This document shows positions 15,476 to 30,309 of a DNA stretch of 64,000 nucleotides, one piece after another. The stretch spans positions 89,838,001-89,902,000 of the forward strand of contig OX597822.1 of assembly GCA_951406725.2 (NCBI GenBank). The letters run 5' to 3'. The translations under genes and the position numbers were made by a program. Below the pieces are notes generated by a model that did not search any database, was not told the DNA's origin, and saw only the letters and a list, made by a program, of their open reading frames with translations. The stretch is from Octopus vulgaris. Lineage: Eukaryota. Numbering within the stretch: position 1 is the first letter of the stretch; every line of letters begins with the position of its first letter.

Positions 15476-18400
15476 GTTTGTTTTTGTGTTTGTTCCCCCA
15501 CCATTACTTGACAACCAATATTGGTGTGTTTACGTCCCTATAACTTAGTGGTTTGGCAAAAGAGACCAATAGAATAAGTACTAGGCTTATAAAGCGTAAG
15601 TCCTGTGTGACTAAGGGCGGTGCTCCAGCACGGCTGCAGTCAAATGACTGAAACAAATAAAAGAATATTGAAACATATTTATATTTCTTTAGTTTGAAGT
15701 TCCAAAACAATGTACAGAGATATGTTTGCTCAATAAACTACAGCACAACTTCAGATTAGCTATGAACTGATACTTTCTAATCAGCCAACAAAACTAAATT
15801 GAGAATATAATTACAACAGATTGGGGAAGACAAGTATTAAATTAAACCAAGATATTGTAAAAAGATAAATATTCCTATTCAATCATTTAGTTCTATGCTT
15901 ATTACCTCAGATATTACTTCAGATAAAATTTTTAAAAAATCTACAGAATTGTAATACAGATTTAACAAATTATCTTAACCAGAAATGGTTAGTAAAGTTA
16001 CTGAAGGAAATAAACATCTCTTTAGTTGCCTTTTCATAACTATTTGATTGCACTTCTAATCAAATTTAAGTAGATACTGCTACTACAGAAATATTTGTGA
16101 GCAATATAGCATTATTGGCCTGTACACTAAAGGTTAAAAAGACAAAATGTCAAATATTAATAACTACACTAGATTTGAAAATTGAATATATTCAGCACAT
16201 CTACCGTCCCTCTCCCCCTCACCTACACCTAAAACCATTAGAGTTCCCACACTTAGTTCAGTCTTTCTTACATCTTCCAGAACTCACTCTCTACCCAAAA
16301 ATACTTTCTAGCTATTAATTACAATTCAAAACAAACATTAATAATATTAACCTCAACCCAGTCATATTTAAAAGTACCTTGCTTTCTTATATAAACTAAT
16401 TTAGAAAAAACATTAGAAATATTGATTTCTAATTTTATAAAAGTTGCTAAGAACTCAATGAAGTTGTGATAGAAAGTAAAAATATTCAATTATTATGACT
16501 ACACACCCAAATTTGTTAAAAATGGATATAAGCATCATTATAAATCTATTTCAATCTGTAACTAAATGACAATATTTAAATAATAAATTCAAATAACAAA
16601 AAAAAACCCAAAAGAAACAAAACAAACTGAAATAACCAAGAAAAAGACTTACTTAATCCAGATATTTCTTTGTCATGGTCCCAAACATTAGAAACTGCTC
16701 TTCCAGTGAGAAGCAGGTTGATCAAGGATTGGCTGGAAAATGACAGTAGATTCAGACAATTCATGTTAGCAAAATGTATAATAAGAAAAGTGGATATATA
16801 CTAAATGTTTTAATTTCAAATATTCATGTACTGGGTCAAAAAGACAGACATAATTTCGTTTCTTCTGGAAATCACCATTGCTGTACAGTAGTCAATTCAA
16901 TTGAATGTACATACTGATTTATCTCTAATTAGTCAAAATAAAATTTTTTTTCATCTTTGGTCTTCGGTATACCAGCACGGCTAGTAAATGAGAAAAGATA
17001 GCAGCTGCACTAGGTTCTGATCTGATTTGGCAAGGTTTCTATAGCTGGGTGCCCTTCCTAACGCCAACCACTCCAAGAGTGTAATGGGTGTTTTTTAAGT
17101 CCCGCCAGTACAGGTGCCATTGACCTGACACCAGCATCAGCCAAGACTACAATCTCACTTGGCTTGACAAGTCTACACAAGCATGGTACATCGTCAAAGG
17201 TCTCGGTCACTTGTCACTGCCTTCATGAGGCCCAATGCTTGAGCAGTACTTTTTACAGGCCACTGGCACAGGTGCCAGTCAGACAGCACTGGCATTGGCT
17301 ACAACAATGATTTCACTCGGCTCAGCAGGTCTTCACAAGCACAGCATATTGTCCAATGTTTTGTCATTGCCTCCACGAGGCCCAACATTTGAAGGTTGTG
17401 CTTCACCACCTTGTCCCATGTCTTCCTGGGTCTGACTCTTCCACAGGTTCCCTCGACTGTTAGAGTGCAACACTTCTTCACACAGCTGTCTTCATCCAAA
17501 TGCATCACATGACAATACCAGCGCAGTTGTCTCTCTTGCACATCACAATCTGATGCCTCTTATGCCCAACCTTTCTCTCAGGACACTTACACTGTCATGC
17601 ATGCACACTGACAAACTGCAAAGCATACTAGTTTCCCTTCTTACAAGCCTACGCATGTCCTCAGAAGTCACAGCCATGTTTCACTGCTGTGTAGTGTGGC
17701 TGTTTGCATGCAGGCATCATACAGTCTGCCTTTCACTCTTGAGTCCCTTTGTTACCTGCAGAGGTAGGAGCTCTCTGAACTTTACCTAGGCTATTCTTAT
17801 TCTAGGAGCTATGCTCTCAGAGTATCCACCCCAGCTACTGACTTGGTAACCTGGTAACGGAAGCTATCAACTACTTCTAGCTCCCTCTCAGGCATGTGAT
17901 GGAAGCTGTTTTCTGCATGTTTTCACTGTTTATTGCCCCTGTGTATCTGACAAAACTATCTTCTCATTTAACCTTCCTTTAACTATCTTCTCATTTAACC
18001 TTGATATTGCTGCACCTCTTATGAGTCCATAGTTTACACTGGGTACATCTTATGGAGTTTTTACCTATAGCCCTGCATGATCTATGCCAGATAGATCAAG
18101 CAGGGCCATCTATCTGAAAAGATTTGTGATTTGTCTGCCTTCATACTTACTAAGACTTTAAATACTGATGTTACATTTTTCCCAAGAGATAAAAGTTCTA
18201 GTAGGCATCTGCTTCCAGAAAAGCACAGTTTCGTCAACAATGTATATTTACTCTAGTGTGTGGTTCTCTTCAGCAATCATTTTCTTCAAAATAATTAATA
18301 GCAACAGCCTTTATATCAGCACCGGTAATTTGACCAGTCATTTTATGTTATGCAAAGTGTTGCTGAAATCTTTCAAACAGGCCTTTACCAGCCAGAAAAG

Positions 18401-21400
18401 TTTTATTTCATTAGAAGTTTCATCCTCTTTTTTTTCTGCTAATCATCTTGGTAAATTATTTTTTCTTTGAATTTAAGTATATTACATCAAGTCTGATTCT
18501 CAGTCTATACATTCAATAGCTGTTCTATTTTAAGCATCATATTAGATCTAATGTGATGCATAATAAGGACTGAGCAGCTAATGGAGTAGTTTTTTTAAGT
18601 ACTTAGACTTAAATTTTCTCTCCATTGTCACATATTGTTTTCACTAAATATATTACAAGCGTTAATATTTTGTCAACGCGGATGAATTTTTATTCTCCCA
18701 CAGGAAGCCCTTTTAAAACATTAAATCTAATATTCTGTTTAGTCCCGTCATAGCTTCTTTTCACACCACTGTCTTCAAATGCATACTGTGGCTTGTTCCC
18801 TAGGCATCTTGAATTGTAGGTAAATCCAACAACAGTGGTGATCAATAATTATTTGTAACAAATATGTAGTAAAAAAATAGCACCAAAAATAATGAATAAT
18901 ATCAATTAAAGAAAGAAACAACAAATGAATTAATGATTTTGGTAATCATCTCACCTTCCATGGCCATAGGTTCCGTCAATAAGTGATTCACTAGGATCTT
19001 CAACTTCATTCTTTATTTGTTCAATACCCTAAAAAAAAAAAAAAAGAAAACACTGGATGAAGTCAAATATTCAGCCTTGACCAAACTAAAACATAGAAAG
19101 AAATTATTCACTCAGTTCAACATAGCATTCTGTTAATCATACTTAGTGCAAATATATTGTCAAAAGCTTGAAAACTGGGAATTTTGTGTCAGGAAAGCAT
19201 CTCATATACACGTATGGAGTTAAAATACATAGAAATGTATAAGCAGCAGACAAAAAGTGTCTAGCAGCAGTGGTAGAATTGGTAAATATGTATTTCTGCT
19301 TTTTTTTTGAGTGTCGTTAGGAGCAAGCGTCCACCAGCTTTGCATACCAAGACAAATTTAGCCACTACTGATATAGGAAAACAGTGATTAACAAACCACT
19401 GGTGCTGCAATTAACCAGCAGGCTGGATAAAAAACTTATCATTAGTGACAGAAACAATATTAGTTCAAAACAACATTTTGTAATATACTAATGAAAACCT
19501 GGAAGCTGCTATATTCATCTTGAGAAACTCAATAAAGTGGTAAAATAGCTTTAGCTGCACTAAACTTTCTAAATCATTCATCTAAAGTGTTTCGACAATT
19601 GAACAAACTATACATACTCAAACATAAAATTATAAGCAAATAAGGTGTCTCAAAGTTTTCAATAAAAGACAATCTCTTTATGAACACCCATGAAATGGAA
19701 TTTCTTTTTCCATTTCAAGCCACCAATTTTAGAGGTCTTGCAAAGGTCATGAACAAAGCTTGTCATCCTTTGACTAAAACAAGTTATACCATTGGTTTCT
19801 TGCATGACATCATCAATGCTTCAAACTAAACATTCAATCATTTTAATATACAAGTGAACAAAATACTCATCATGATATCCAAACAAATATATTCCCACCT
19901 TGACATCCAAGTGAACATCCTATTTACTACAATGAGTCAACATGCTATCTGCTCTTGCTTAAAAAGCTACAAGATTATTCCTACTAGCTTAACAAAGCTG
20001 AAATGATGCTATCCTAAGGTGAACAAAATCACATTAAAGTGGTATTTGGATTTTAAAAATAAGTAGAAGAATCAAGTCATACAAATAATATGATTCAACA
20101 GATGTTTATGTGTGTGAATGATAAGGAACAGCCACAATACTGTAACTGAAAAAGTGGGTTACCTTAGAGAGAATCACAGAATAGAGATAGAGCAGTACAC
20201 CATATTCTTTTGTAAATGAGCTAAGATTTTCTTTCATACAAGTTTTCAGTTCTTCTGTACTGGAACATTGGTGACATCTGTGAAAGAGAGAGATATTATT
20301 TTAACAAAAAAAAACAGGAAGCACTGGGGAGAGACTCTTTGTGAACTGTCAAATATTTGCATTTGGTTTGGTTAATATAACATTGACATAATAGTATAAA
20401 TTGCTGAAGATTTAGGTCATATTCATTTTGTGGGAAGTTAACAAATGGCCCAGTTAGTCCACCTTGTCCTGTGCTAAAAGTCAGTTTGATCACAGCTATG
20501 CAAAAAAAAACAAAAAACAACTACAACAACAGTGATAACCACAAAAGCAAAATGCATAATCAAATGAATATTCTGAGTTTAATGTATGAAAAGAATGATT
20601 AAAAACATCTGTTTAAGAATACATGTTCAATTTAGTGTATGCAATTGAAAGAGCATTAAATTAAAAGAGCCATCTGCATAATTTACCTAATGTATATACA
20701 CTAGTGACAGGCATGATGCTATGGTATTTGTCTGTGAGAAAATCTCTTCATTAACTTATAGTAAAAACACATGTCAAAGCAAGGTGAACATTATCCCATC
20801 AGTGACTAAAAAGGAATGTCAGGCATGCTTTGACATTCCTGGACCATGTCAATGACATGTACCTGTCATCACAAGTCTAGGTGAAGTTTGTCGCCTTTGA
20901 CAGTTTAAATATATATAAGATACACAGATGGCTATTTTAATTTGATGCTGTTTCAATGCATACACTGGATTTTTCTCAGTCCAGCAAGCTTTCCACAATA
21001 TCCAGTGAATGTATTATTCATCGTTCACTGTATGTATTTTTTCATATCCCCAACACTATAGGGATTGCATCATATCCAACAAGACTCAAGAGCCCTATCA
21101 AACCCTGATTTGTCACTTCTGGAATCAATTACAAATCACTTATGGAGTGTACTGGTTGCTTTGCATGCTATCAGTTCTGTTGGAGTCGGCTTGCAGTTCC
21201 TAAAGCTAAAGAGAGCTCTTTCTCTTCCCCTGTGATGAATGGAACAGATTTATTGCTATGAGAAGAGAGTAATGGAGAGAATAATAGAAGAAACATTGTT
21301 GGGGTGAGAGTAATGGAGATAGAAACAAGTAGAAGGAGGATATTAATGTGAAGGATAAGTATGAAGAAGGTGGAGACACATTGGTTATGGTGATGGTTGA

Positions 21401-24400
21401 AGGTTGAGTAGGTGGACCAAGTGATAAGGTGGGTCAGTCAGCTTGCCATGCCAGAATTGGTTGCATGGTTCATCAAAGTCCAAGGCAGTTCTAGCTTAAG
21501 TTACACAGGTATAGTGTTGAGAGAGGATGGTAAGAGAAAAACCGACAGGTGCAGGTGACATGAAGGGAATCCAGATGTAAAAACTCAGCCTCAACAAATT
21601 ACATCTCATTGATGCAAGCAAGGAAAAGTGGACATTAACTAGTAAAGATGTACATATATCTTACTTGTTTCATTCATTGGAGTGCAGTCATGCCTCAGCA
21701 TTGCTTTGAAGGGTTTAGCTGAACAAATTGACCCCAAGACTTATCTTTAAAGCCTGGTATTTATTTTATCACTCTTTTGTGAAACTGTTAACTTATGGGG
21801 GACATAGACAAACCAACACTGGTTGTCAAGTGGTGGTGGGGGGGATTAACACAGACACACACGAGGGGTTTCTTTCAGTTTCTGTCAACAAAATCTACTT
21901 ACAAGACTTTGATTGGCCCCTGGGATTATAAAAGATACTTACCTAAAGTAGAACTGAACCTAAAACTATATGGTTGGGAAGCATATACATATGTGTGTAT
22001 GTATATATATATATATATATATAGGGAGAGTTTACGAAAAAAAACAAAAGACGAAGACAGATGGTGTATTAGTATAACGCTACAGATGTATTAGTATAAC
22101 GCTCAGGAATAGAAAAAGTCTTTTACGTTTCGAGCCTATGCTCTTCTACAGAAAGGGACACAGAAAAAACAAGGAGAGAAATATATATATATATATGACT
22201 GTTATATACATGTACATTCCTTTCTTCATTTTTTTGTTCTCTTCTTGTCTATTCTTTCTTTTCAGAAATGTACACTGAAAATGTAAAAGACTTTTCCTTC
22301 TAGTTTTTCCTATTTCCTGACTGTAAACCTAATACACTGTTTTTTTCACCTTATCACCAGGTTATATTTTTTGCACCATATACATGTATATACACATATA
22401 TATAGATATATTTGCATAAATAAATATGTGTACGTGTGTATATACACACACACACACATATATATATATGAGGGAGTGCTAAAAGTTCCTGGGTTTGGGA
22501 AAAAGAAAATACAAGAGAATTGGTTAATTACGATTCTATTCAACCTATTCCCCTCCCAGATTCACACACTTGTTGCAGTGGTCCTTCAGTTTTTCTAAGT
22601 ACTGTAAAAAAACTCAGAAGGTTGGGCCTCCAACCAGGCTTTTCGCAATACCCTTAAAGTCAGAAACTTTTCAGCACCCCCTTATATATATATATGTAGG
22701 CACAGCAGACATGGCTGTATAGTGGTGAAATTCACTTTGTAAGCACGCCAAGGTACTTTGGGCAAGTGTCTCCTACTATAGCCCCAAGTTGGCTAAAGCC
22801 TTGTCAGTGAATTTGGCACAGGAAAACTGGAAAAGCCTGTGATATGTACATGTGTGTACACAAACATGAATGTATGTGTGTGTTGTATGCCTTGATATCA
22901 TATGCTAACTGTAAACAAGCATGACAGTCAAATAAGCTCTGCCATTTGTTTGTAATCTGCTGTTAACATGTCCAGGATAGGAAAAATATTAGTTTTCTTG
23001 GAAAAGTAGGCCTCAACATGATAATGATGATGCATATCATTGGTTCTCAAGGAGGCATATGCTGCCCATGTTTCTCCCAAGGGGACATTAAAAGCCATGA
23101 AAGGGGCAGTGAGTAATGCATTGATTTTAAATTTAACTACAATCACTACCTGTATTACATAAGGCTATAAAAGTTGGGCAATTTAGTATGTATCCAAGTA
23201 TTGTGAAACTTTGCTGAAAAACGTTTGGAAAATATTGATATACATCGTCATATATAAATGTGTGTGTGTGTGTATGTGTTATATAATATAGATATCATAT
23301 ATTACCTTAAGTAAGAATGGAAGTTGTCCTTATCCATTCTAGGTCTCTTTGGATTAGTACCTCCACCATCTTGTTGTAGAGCTTCTTGGGTGTTGTTGTC
23401 ATTAACGGTAGTGTTCACATTCTTCTCCAGTGTAACAATAATGTAGTGGTCACTAGCTAGCTGTAGCAGAATCTCAAGTAAACCATGGAATAGGAATGTA
23501 ATTGCCATCTCCTCTATAGACATTCAACAGAGAAAATTAAAGTGAAAGTTTACTAGAATAAAAGGTTAGTGATGTTAGAAAAAATAAAAGTAAAAAATGT
23601 GGAAATAAAATTGGAAAGGAAGCAAATCATTGTAGAAAAGCTTCTGCTAAAGAAATAGAAAGGACAACCAATAAAATCTGGCTAGTGTGGTAGTAGGGGC
23701 AATTAAGGAAAGGAAAGTGGGGATCTGACCATGAAAGTGTCAATCAGAATGGCAAATAGGATGGACAAAGCAAGGCAGTGAATTGGGAACAGGATTAGTG
23801 GAAAAGATGGTTTGAAGTAGAGTGCTGTTGTTGAGTATCCCCAATTAGTCTTCTTTGAGCCAACAGTAGCATAAAGTTAGCTACATGAAAGGTTTGGTAA
23901 TTTTGGTAATAAAAAGTACTGAATGTAAGTTGAGTCCCAAACTTCACTGCATACTATTGCATTGGATGCAATGTTTGGTACTGTGAAAAACATTATGATA
24001 AAATGTCAACATATCTTTTCATGGTCCAAGCATAATAAACCAGCACAAAAACAACATCGAAAGCTGAATTGCATAAAAAAAGGTCATGCTGTCAATTTGG
24101 TGGGATTACAAAGTTGTTGTGTATTTTGAGTTGCTTCCAAGGAACCAAACGATCAATTCAGATGTTTACTGTCAACAACTAATGAAACTGGACGAAGCAA
24201 TCAAAGAAAAACAGCCAGAATTGACAAATCATAAAGGAATCATGTTCCATCATGACAACACTAGACCACATATGTCTTTGCTAACTCATGAAAAATTATT
24301 GGAGTTCGGTTGGGAAGTGATGTCACATCCACCATATAGCCCTGACCTTGCACCATCAAATTACCATTTATTTCAAAGTTTACAAAATTCTTTGAATGGT

Positions 24401-27400
24401 AAAACTTTCAATAATGATGATGACCTGAAATCGCACTTGCTTCAGTTTTTGGCTGATAAGGACCAAAAGTTCTATGAGCGTGAATCATGAAGTTGCCAGA
24501 AAGATGGCAAAAGGTCATCGAACAAAATAGAAAATATATAATTGATTAAAGTTCATTCTTTGCTTGAAAAAAAAAAAGACTTTTACTTCACACTAAAGTA
24601 CTGCAGTTACTTTCTTACCTACCCAATATAGTTAAAACCTTGAGATAGTATTAACAGCAAGTAGTTAAAGTTAACCAACATGAAAACCAAATAAATTAAA
24701 GAGAAACATAGCAGGAAGCCAGAAAATGGAAAAATACAGAGATATCTTTATAAGGTGAATTTAAAATATTTTCAAACTTCAGCAAAGAAAAAGATAATGA
24801 TTTACCTGAAACATTAAGGTCACCGTTGGCTTCTTCAGAGCAAAACAGAGCATGTTTTAGAATAAAAGTCTGAACAGGTGCAATCACAGCACAAGGACCA
24901 CCTTCTAGTTGAATCAAAGCTGTAGCTTCATGTTCACTAAACATGAAACCTGGAAATAAGATGAAAATACATATTTAAGTAATATATAATGGTTTAACTC
25001 TCTATATAAATCTCCCAATCCTTTCAGAAGCTAGAAATTTTGATGAAATGCAGTTCGTCCAATATAAATATTATAAAAATATTAACTACTGCATGAAAAA
25101 GGATGAAATTTGATGATTGTTGGTTTTTTTAACAGTAGTCAGGTCATTTTGTACATCTCAGGTAGGATAAATACAGGTAAGTTGATTACACATAGGTATT
25201 TTCACATATATTCACAAGATAGCAATTTCTGGGCATTGATTTCTTGTCTCAGAGTTGATTTTGTTCTCCAGCAAATCTCTGTAACTTGGAAGCTATACAA
25301 CACTCATTCCAAGATATGATTTCATGTCCTTCATTTAAAAGTTTTGTAAGGCCCAATAAATTAGAGCTATTTCTCTTTTTACAATAATTACATTCTTCTC
25401 ATAAACCCACCAGCATGCAAAGATTCTACTTTTAAAGATATCAGTAAATTAATGGAGCTTTTTAGGGTCTTTTTCTCTTTTTTTAAATCTTCAATACAAT
25501 ATTAACTGCATGATAACTATACAGCAAAATATCCCCATTTTATCCCAAGTTCAAGCCCTCTCTCTCAAATTAAATCAAAAATTAAATTAGTAATAAATAA
25601 TCATTAATAAATGACATCACAAAATTTAAAATCACTGCAATTTCCATTATGCTTGAAAATCAAAAGAAAAATCCAGAGACATTTACTCAATAAACATTAG
25701 AAAAATTAAACATACATGGTGCAAACCGAAATATTTTTCTACAATGTCAGTGTGCACGCACGACAGAGGGTAAGCACCCTGAGAGAAATGCTGGACATAA
25801 GAAGCATCAGATGTGGTGTGCAAGAGCGACGCTTGCGATGGTATGGTCATGTACTGTGGATGGATGAGGAGAGATGTGTGAAGAAGTGCCACTCCCAAAC
25901 AGTTGAAGGTATCAGGGGGAGAGGTAGACCCAGGAAGCACCATCCGAACGTGGCCGATGCCAGCACCGCCTTGGCTGGCTTCCGTGCCAGTGACACGTTA
26001 AAAGCACCAACCAATCGTGACCAATGCCAGACTCCCCTGGCACCTGTGCAGGTGGCACGTAAAAAGCACCCACTACACTCGCGGAGTGGTTGGCGTTAGG
26101 AAGGGCATCCAACTGTAGAAACACTGCCAGATCAGACTGGAGCCTGGTGCAGCCTCCGGCTTCCCAGACTCCGGTCGAACCGTCCAACCCGTGCTAGCGC
26201 GGAAAACGGACGTTAAACGATGATGAGGTTAAACTTTGATTCTCTCACAGAAGATTGCTTAATTCAAGTGTTCAACTCCAAACAATACTATTTGAATTGT
26301 AGTTTAGAACTTGGCATCCACTGAGGCTACTTTTTGTAAATGTAGGTTGTGGTTAGGCTAGTGTATTGCAGCCTTTGTTCTTCAATTGTGAGGTTCTTCA
26401 TCAGTAGTCTTACATAGATGAATGTCCAAACATTTCCTTTTGTGAAACAGTATTAAAGCTTTTGCCTGTTGAATTCTAAGCTATTACAATATCTTGTCTG
26501 GACAAAGACTGAAAAAAGTACAACTTCCTGCACTATCTTGTTGGATCTATTTCACAATTTTACATTTCAGTATCAAAATTTGGTACCAGTTCCTCAAAAA
26601 TTTAAGATTCAAAGCAAATTATCTTTTTCAATCCAAGGAGGTGAATCTCAGAGCATTCAGATATTTCACATAATGAAAGCCTGATATTGCAAAAAAGCAA
26701 CATCCTTGATGCATAACAGCTAGATTGCCTCACGTTTAGCAGTGAGACTCACAGTATTCAGTGGCCAAAGATAGGAGCAATACCCCAGGGTACTGAGAAC
26801 AAGTATCTTGGAAGTTGCAATAAAAGAATATGGACATGAAAATTGGGACCTCTAGTGGGAATTTTCAGAGTAGAATTACAAGATGCATAAAATCTTTGAG
26901 ACACAGGCTAGTCACCTGCATAGTAGATGAGGTAGCACAGGAGGGTGTCATATCCTATGACTAGTGACAATATCATCACTAGCTGCTACAAAGGTAATGG
27001 TGATACATTAGTAAGTGCAAACTACAGAGCTGTTAAACTACTGGATTGCTATGAAGATTACAGAGATATTTACAGCAACTAACAGCACATTTCATTAGAG
27101 AGTTAATGTATACACTAAGTAGTTTGGCTTTGTGCCAGGAAGAAGTACTACTGGTTTCATCTTCCGAGGAAGACAACTGCAAGAATAAGTCCTGGTACTT
27201 GGCTTTTGTTGGGCTTGAGAAGGCCTTTGATAAGGTACACTGCTCTGTAATCTAGAGGCAACTGAGGAAGCTTGGGGTGGATCAAAAAATTGTGAGAGCA
27301 GTGAAAGCCATGTACAACCAGCAAGTGTCAAAGTGGGAGTATACCAGACCTCAGACCCATCGTGTTTATTATTGTCATAGAAGTTTAAAACCAGCTGCCT

Positions 27401-30274
27401 ATGTGAGCTCCTTTATGCTGATGATGTTACTCTTACAGGTGAATCTGTAGTAAAATATACTAGCTGAATAGCCCATCATTGCCTGTTAATTTTTACAATA
27501 GAATGTCTTATATAATTTTTTTTATTCCATGTCAGACTATGCCATCCCCAATAGATAGGTCTCTTGATCAGGACAGATTTGTGCAATTTTTTGCAAAATA
27601 CTTGGTTGAAGATTTTTTTCCTTTTTAAATTATTTACATGTCTATTCAACTATTTCACATGACTTTATTACTTAAAACTCCAGAAGTTCTTACACCTTTG
27701 GTTGCCATAATGCTTCATTTTGGTTTGTTTAATAAAAATTCTTCCTCCTAATGATTTTGCTTTCATTTTGTGATAGACAGCTATCATGCAGAAAATGCCA
27801 GCTATCATGTAGAAAATGCCAGCTTCCAAATCCTGTTTTCTGATTAGGTAAAATTGATTAAACTTTAAACCTCCGTAACATTTTATTGCAATTTTTCTGG
27901 GACAAATAAATAACAAAATCAGATTTAACGTAGAAAATTATTTCAATATACCAAATTTGAAAATTTTGACATAATTTTAAAATCTTACAATATGTGACAG
28001 CAACAGGGAAGACCCTACAAAAGTAGAGAGACAGACAGTTATATGTCACACACACATTTACAAATGTACACACAAGTAATTAGGAGTTTAAAATGGTAAC
28101 AACCACACTCTTACCCGTGCGTAGAGCGGGTCACCTTAAGCTAGTATATATATATATATAAATAAATAAATAGGGTAAGCAACAGGTTGCTTAGCCACAT
28201 ACCGAAAATTTAGAAATAGCAGTCAAAAACCGCTTATTTCTATTTTCTACAAATATAACTCCACGTATAACATATACATGTAACTCACATATGTAAAAAG
28301 AAGGAAAAATAATGAAAACAAAGTCTTCGGTCAGTTACGGACCCCTCTTATTTATCATAGTCCTCCAAGCAATAACAGAGGAATTCAAGACAGGATGCCT
28401 CTGGGAGCTCCTCTATGCTGGTGACCTTGCTCTAATTGTTGAGTCACTATCAGAACTAGAGAAGTTTCAGATGTGGAGACAAGGATTAGAATCAAAGGGC
28501 CTTAGAGTCAACCTAGCTAAAACCAAAGTCCTAATAATTAGGAAGGCAGGCAAACCACAAATCCCTTCTGTAGAAAAGGCGTAGGTAGAAACTCCTATAA
28601 GATGTACCCAGTGTAAGCTAAGGACACATAAGAGGTGCAGCAATATCAAAGGAAGGCTAACTGGGCAGTTTTTGTAAGTGGCAGATGCTCTGGAGCAATA
28701 AACACTGAAAATGTGCAGAGAACAGCTTCTACCACATTCCAGGGAGAAAACTAGAAGTAGCTGATAGCTTCCGTTACCTAGGTGACCAAGTCAGTAGAGG
28801 GGGAGGGTGCGCTGAAAGTGTAGCTGCTAGAATAAGAATAGCCTGGGCAAAGTTCAGAGAGCTCCTACCTCTGCTGGTGACAAAGGGCCTCTTGCTCAGA
28901 GTAAAAGGCAGACTGGATAACGCATGTGTACAAACAGCCATGCTACATGGCAGTGAAACATGGCCAGTGGCTGCTGAGGACATGCGTAAGCTTGCAAGGA
29001 ATGAAGCCTGTATGCTCTGATGGAGGTGTAATGTCAGTGTGCATACTCGACAAAGTGTAAGTACCTTGAGAGAAAAGTTGGACCCAAGAAGCATCAGGTG
29101 TGGTGTGCAAGAGAGACAACTGCGCTGGTATGGGCATGTGGTGAGAATGGATGAGGATAGCTGTGTGAAAAAGTGCCACACCCTAGCAGTTGAGGGAACC
29201 TATGGAAGAGGTAGACTCAGGAAGACCTGAGATGAGGTGGTGAAGTATGACCTTCGAACACTAGGCCTCACCTAGGCAATGACTAGTGACTGAGACTTTT
29301 GGAAATATGCTGTGCTTGAGAAGACCTGGCAAGCCAAGTGTGACCATAACCTTGTGGCCTATGCTAGGGATGAAACCAGTCCACTTATGCGTACCTTTCT
29401 TTCACTGGACACTAAACTCTGCTTGCGAAGACCTATTGAGGCATGTGAAATCGAAATCAAATTCAATGAGAGCACCGCATGATTGGCATCCATTCTAGTG
29501 GAGCGGTAAGAGCACCATCGTTGCCGGGACCACTAACTGGGTCCTGTGCCAGTGGCACGTAAAAAGCACCGTTTGACTGTGATTGTTACCAGCATCACTT
29601 TGTGCCGGTGGTACATGAAAAACAACATTTGAGCATGGCCTTGCCAGTACTGCCTGACTGGCTCTCATGCCAATGGCATGTAGAAGCACCCACTACACTC
29701 TCAGAGTGGTTGACTTTAGGAAGGGCATCCAGCTGTAGAAACTCTGCCAGATCAAATTGGAGCCTGGTGATCCCATCTGGCTCACCAGTCACCCTGTCAT
29801 ACCGTCCAACCCATGCCAGCATGGAAAGCAGACATTAAACAATGATATATATATACATACACATATATACATATATATACACATATACATACACACATAT
29901 ATATACATATACACACACACATATATACATATACACACACACATATATATATATACACACACACACATATATACATATACACACACACATATATACATAT
30001 ACACACACACATATATACATATACACACACACATATATATATATATATATACACATATATACACACATATATATATATATATATATACATATACACATAT
30101 ATATACACATATATATATATACACACATATATATAAACACTCACACACACATATATATACACATATATATATACATATATATACACATATATACATATAT
30201 ACACACACACACATATATACACATATATATATACATATATACACACACACACATATATACACACACACACATGC

Positions 30275-30309
<35 letters not shown>

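Noticed and set aside
24086-24490. Domesticated SETMAR-like exon
   Set aside because: 5'-truncated, antisense to MINDY3, with a premature stop and an adjoining TIR: an ordinary mariner relic.
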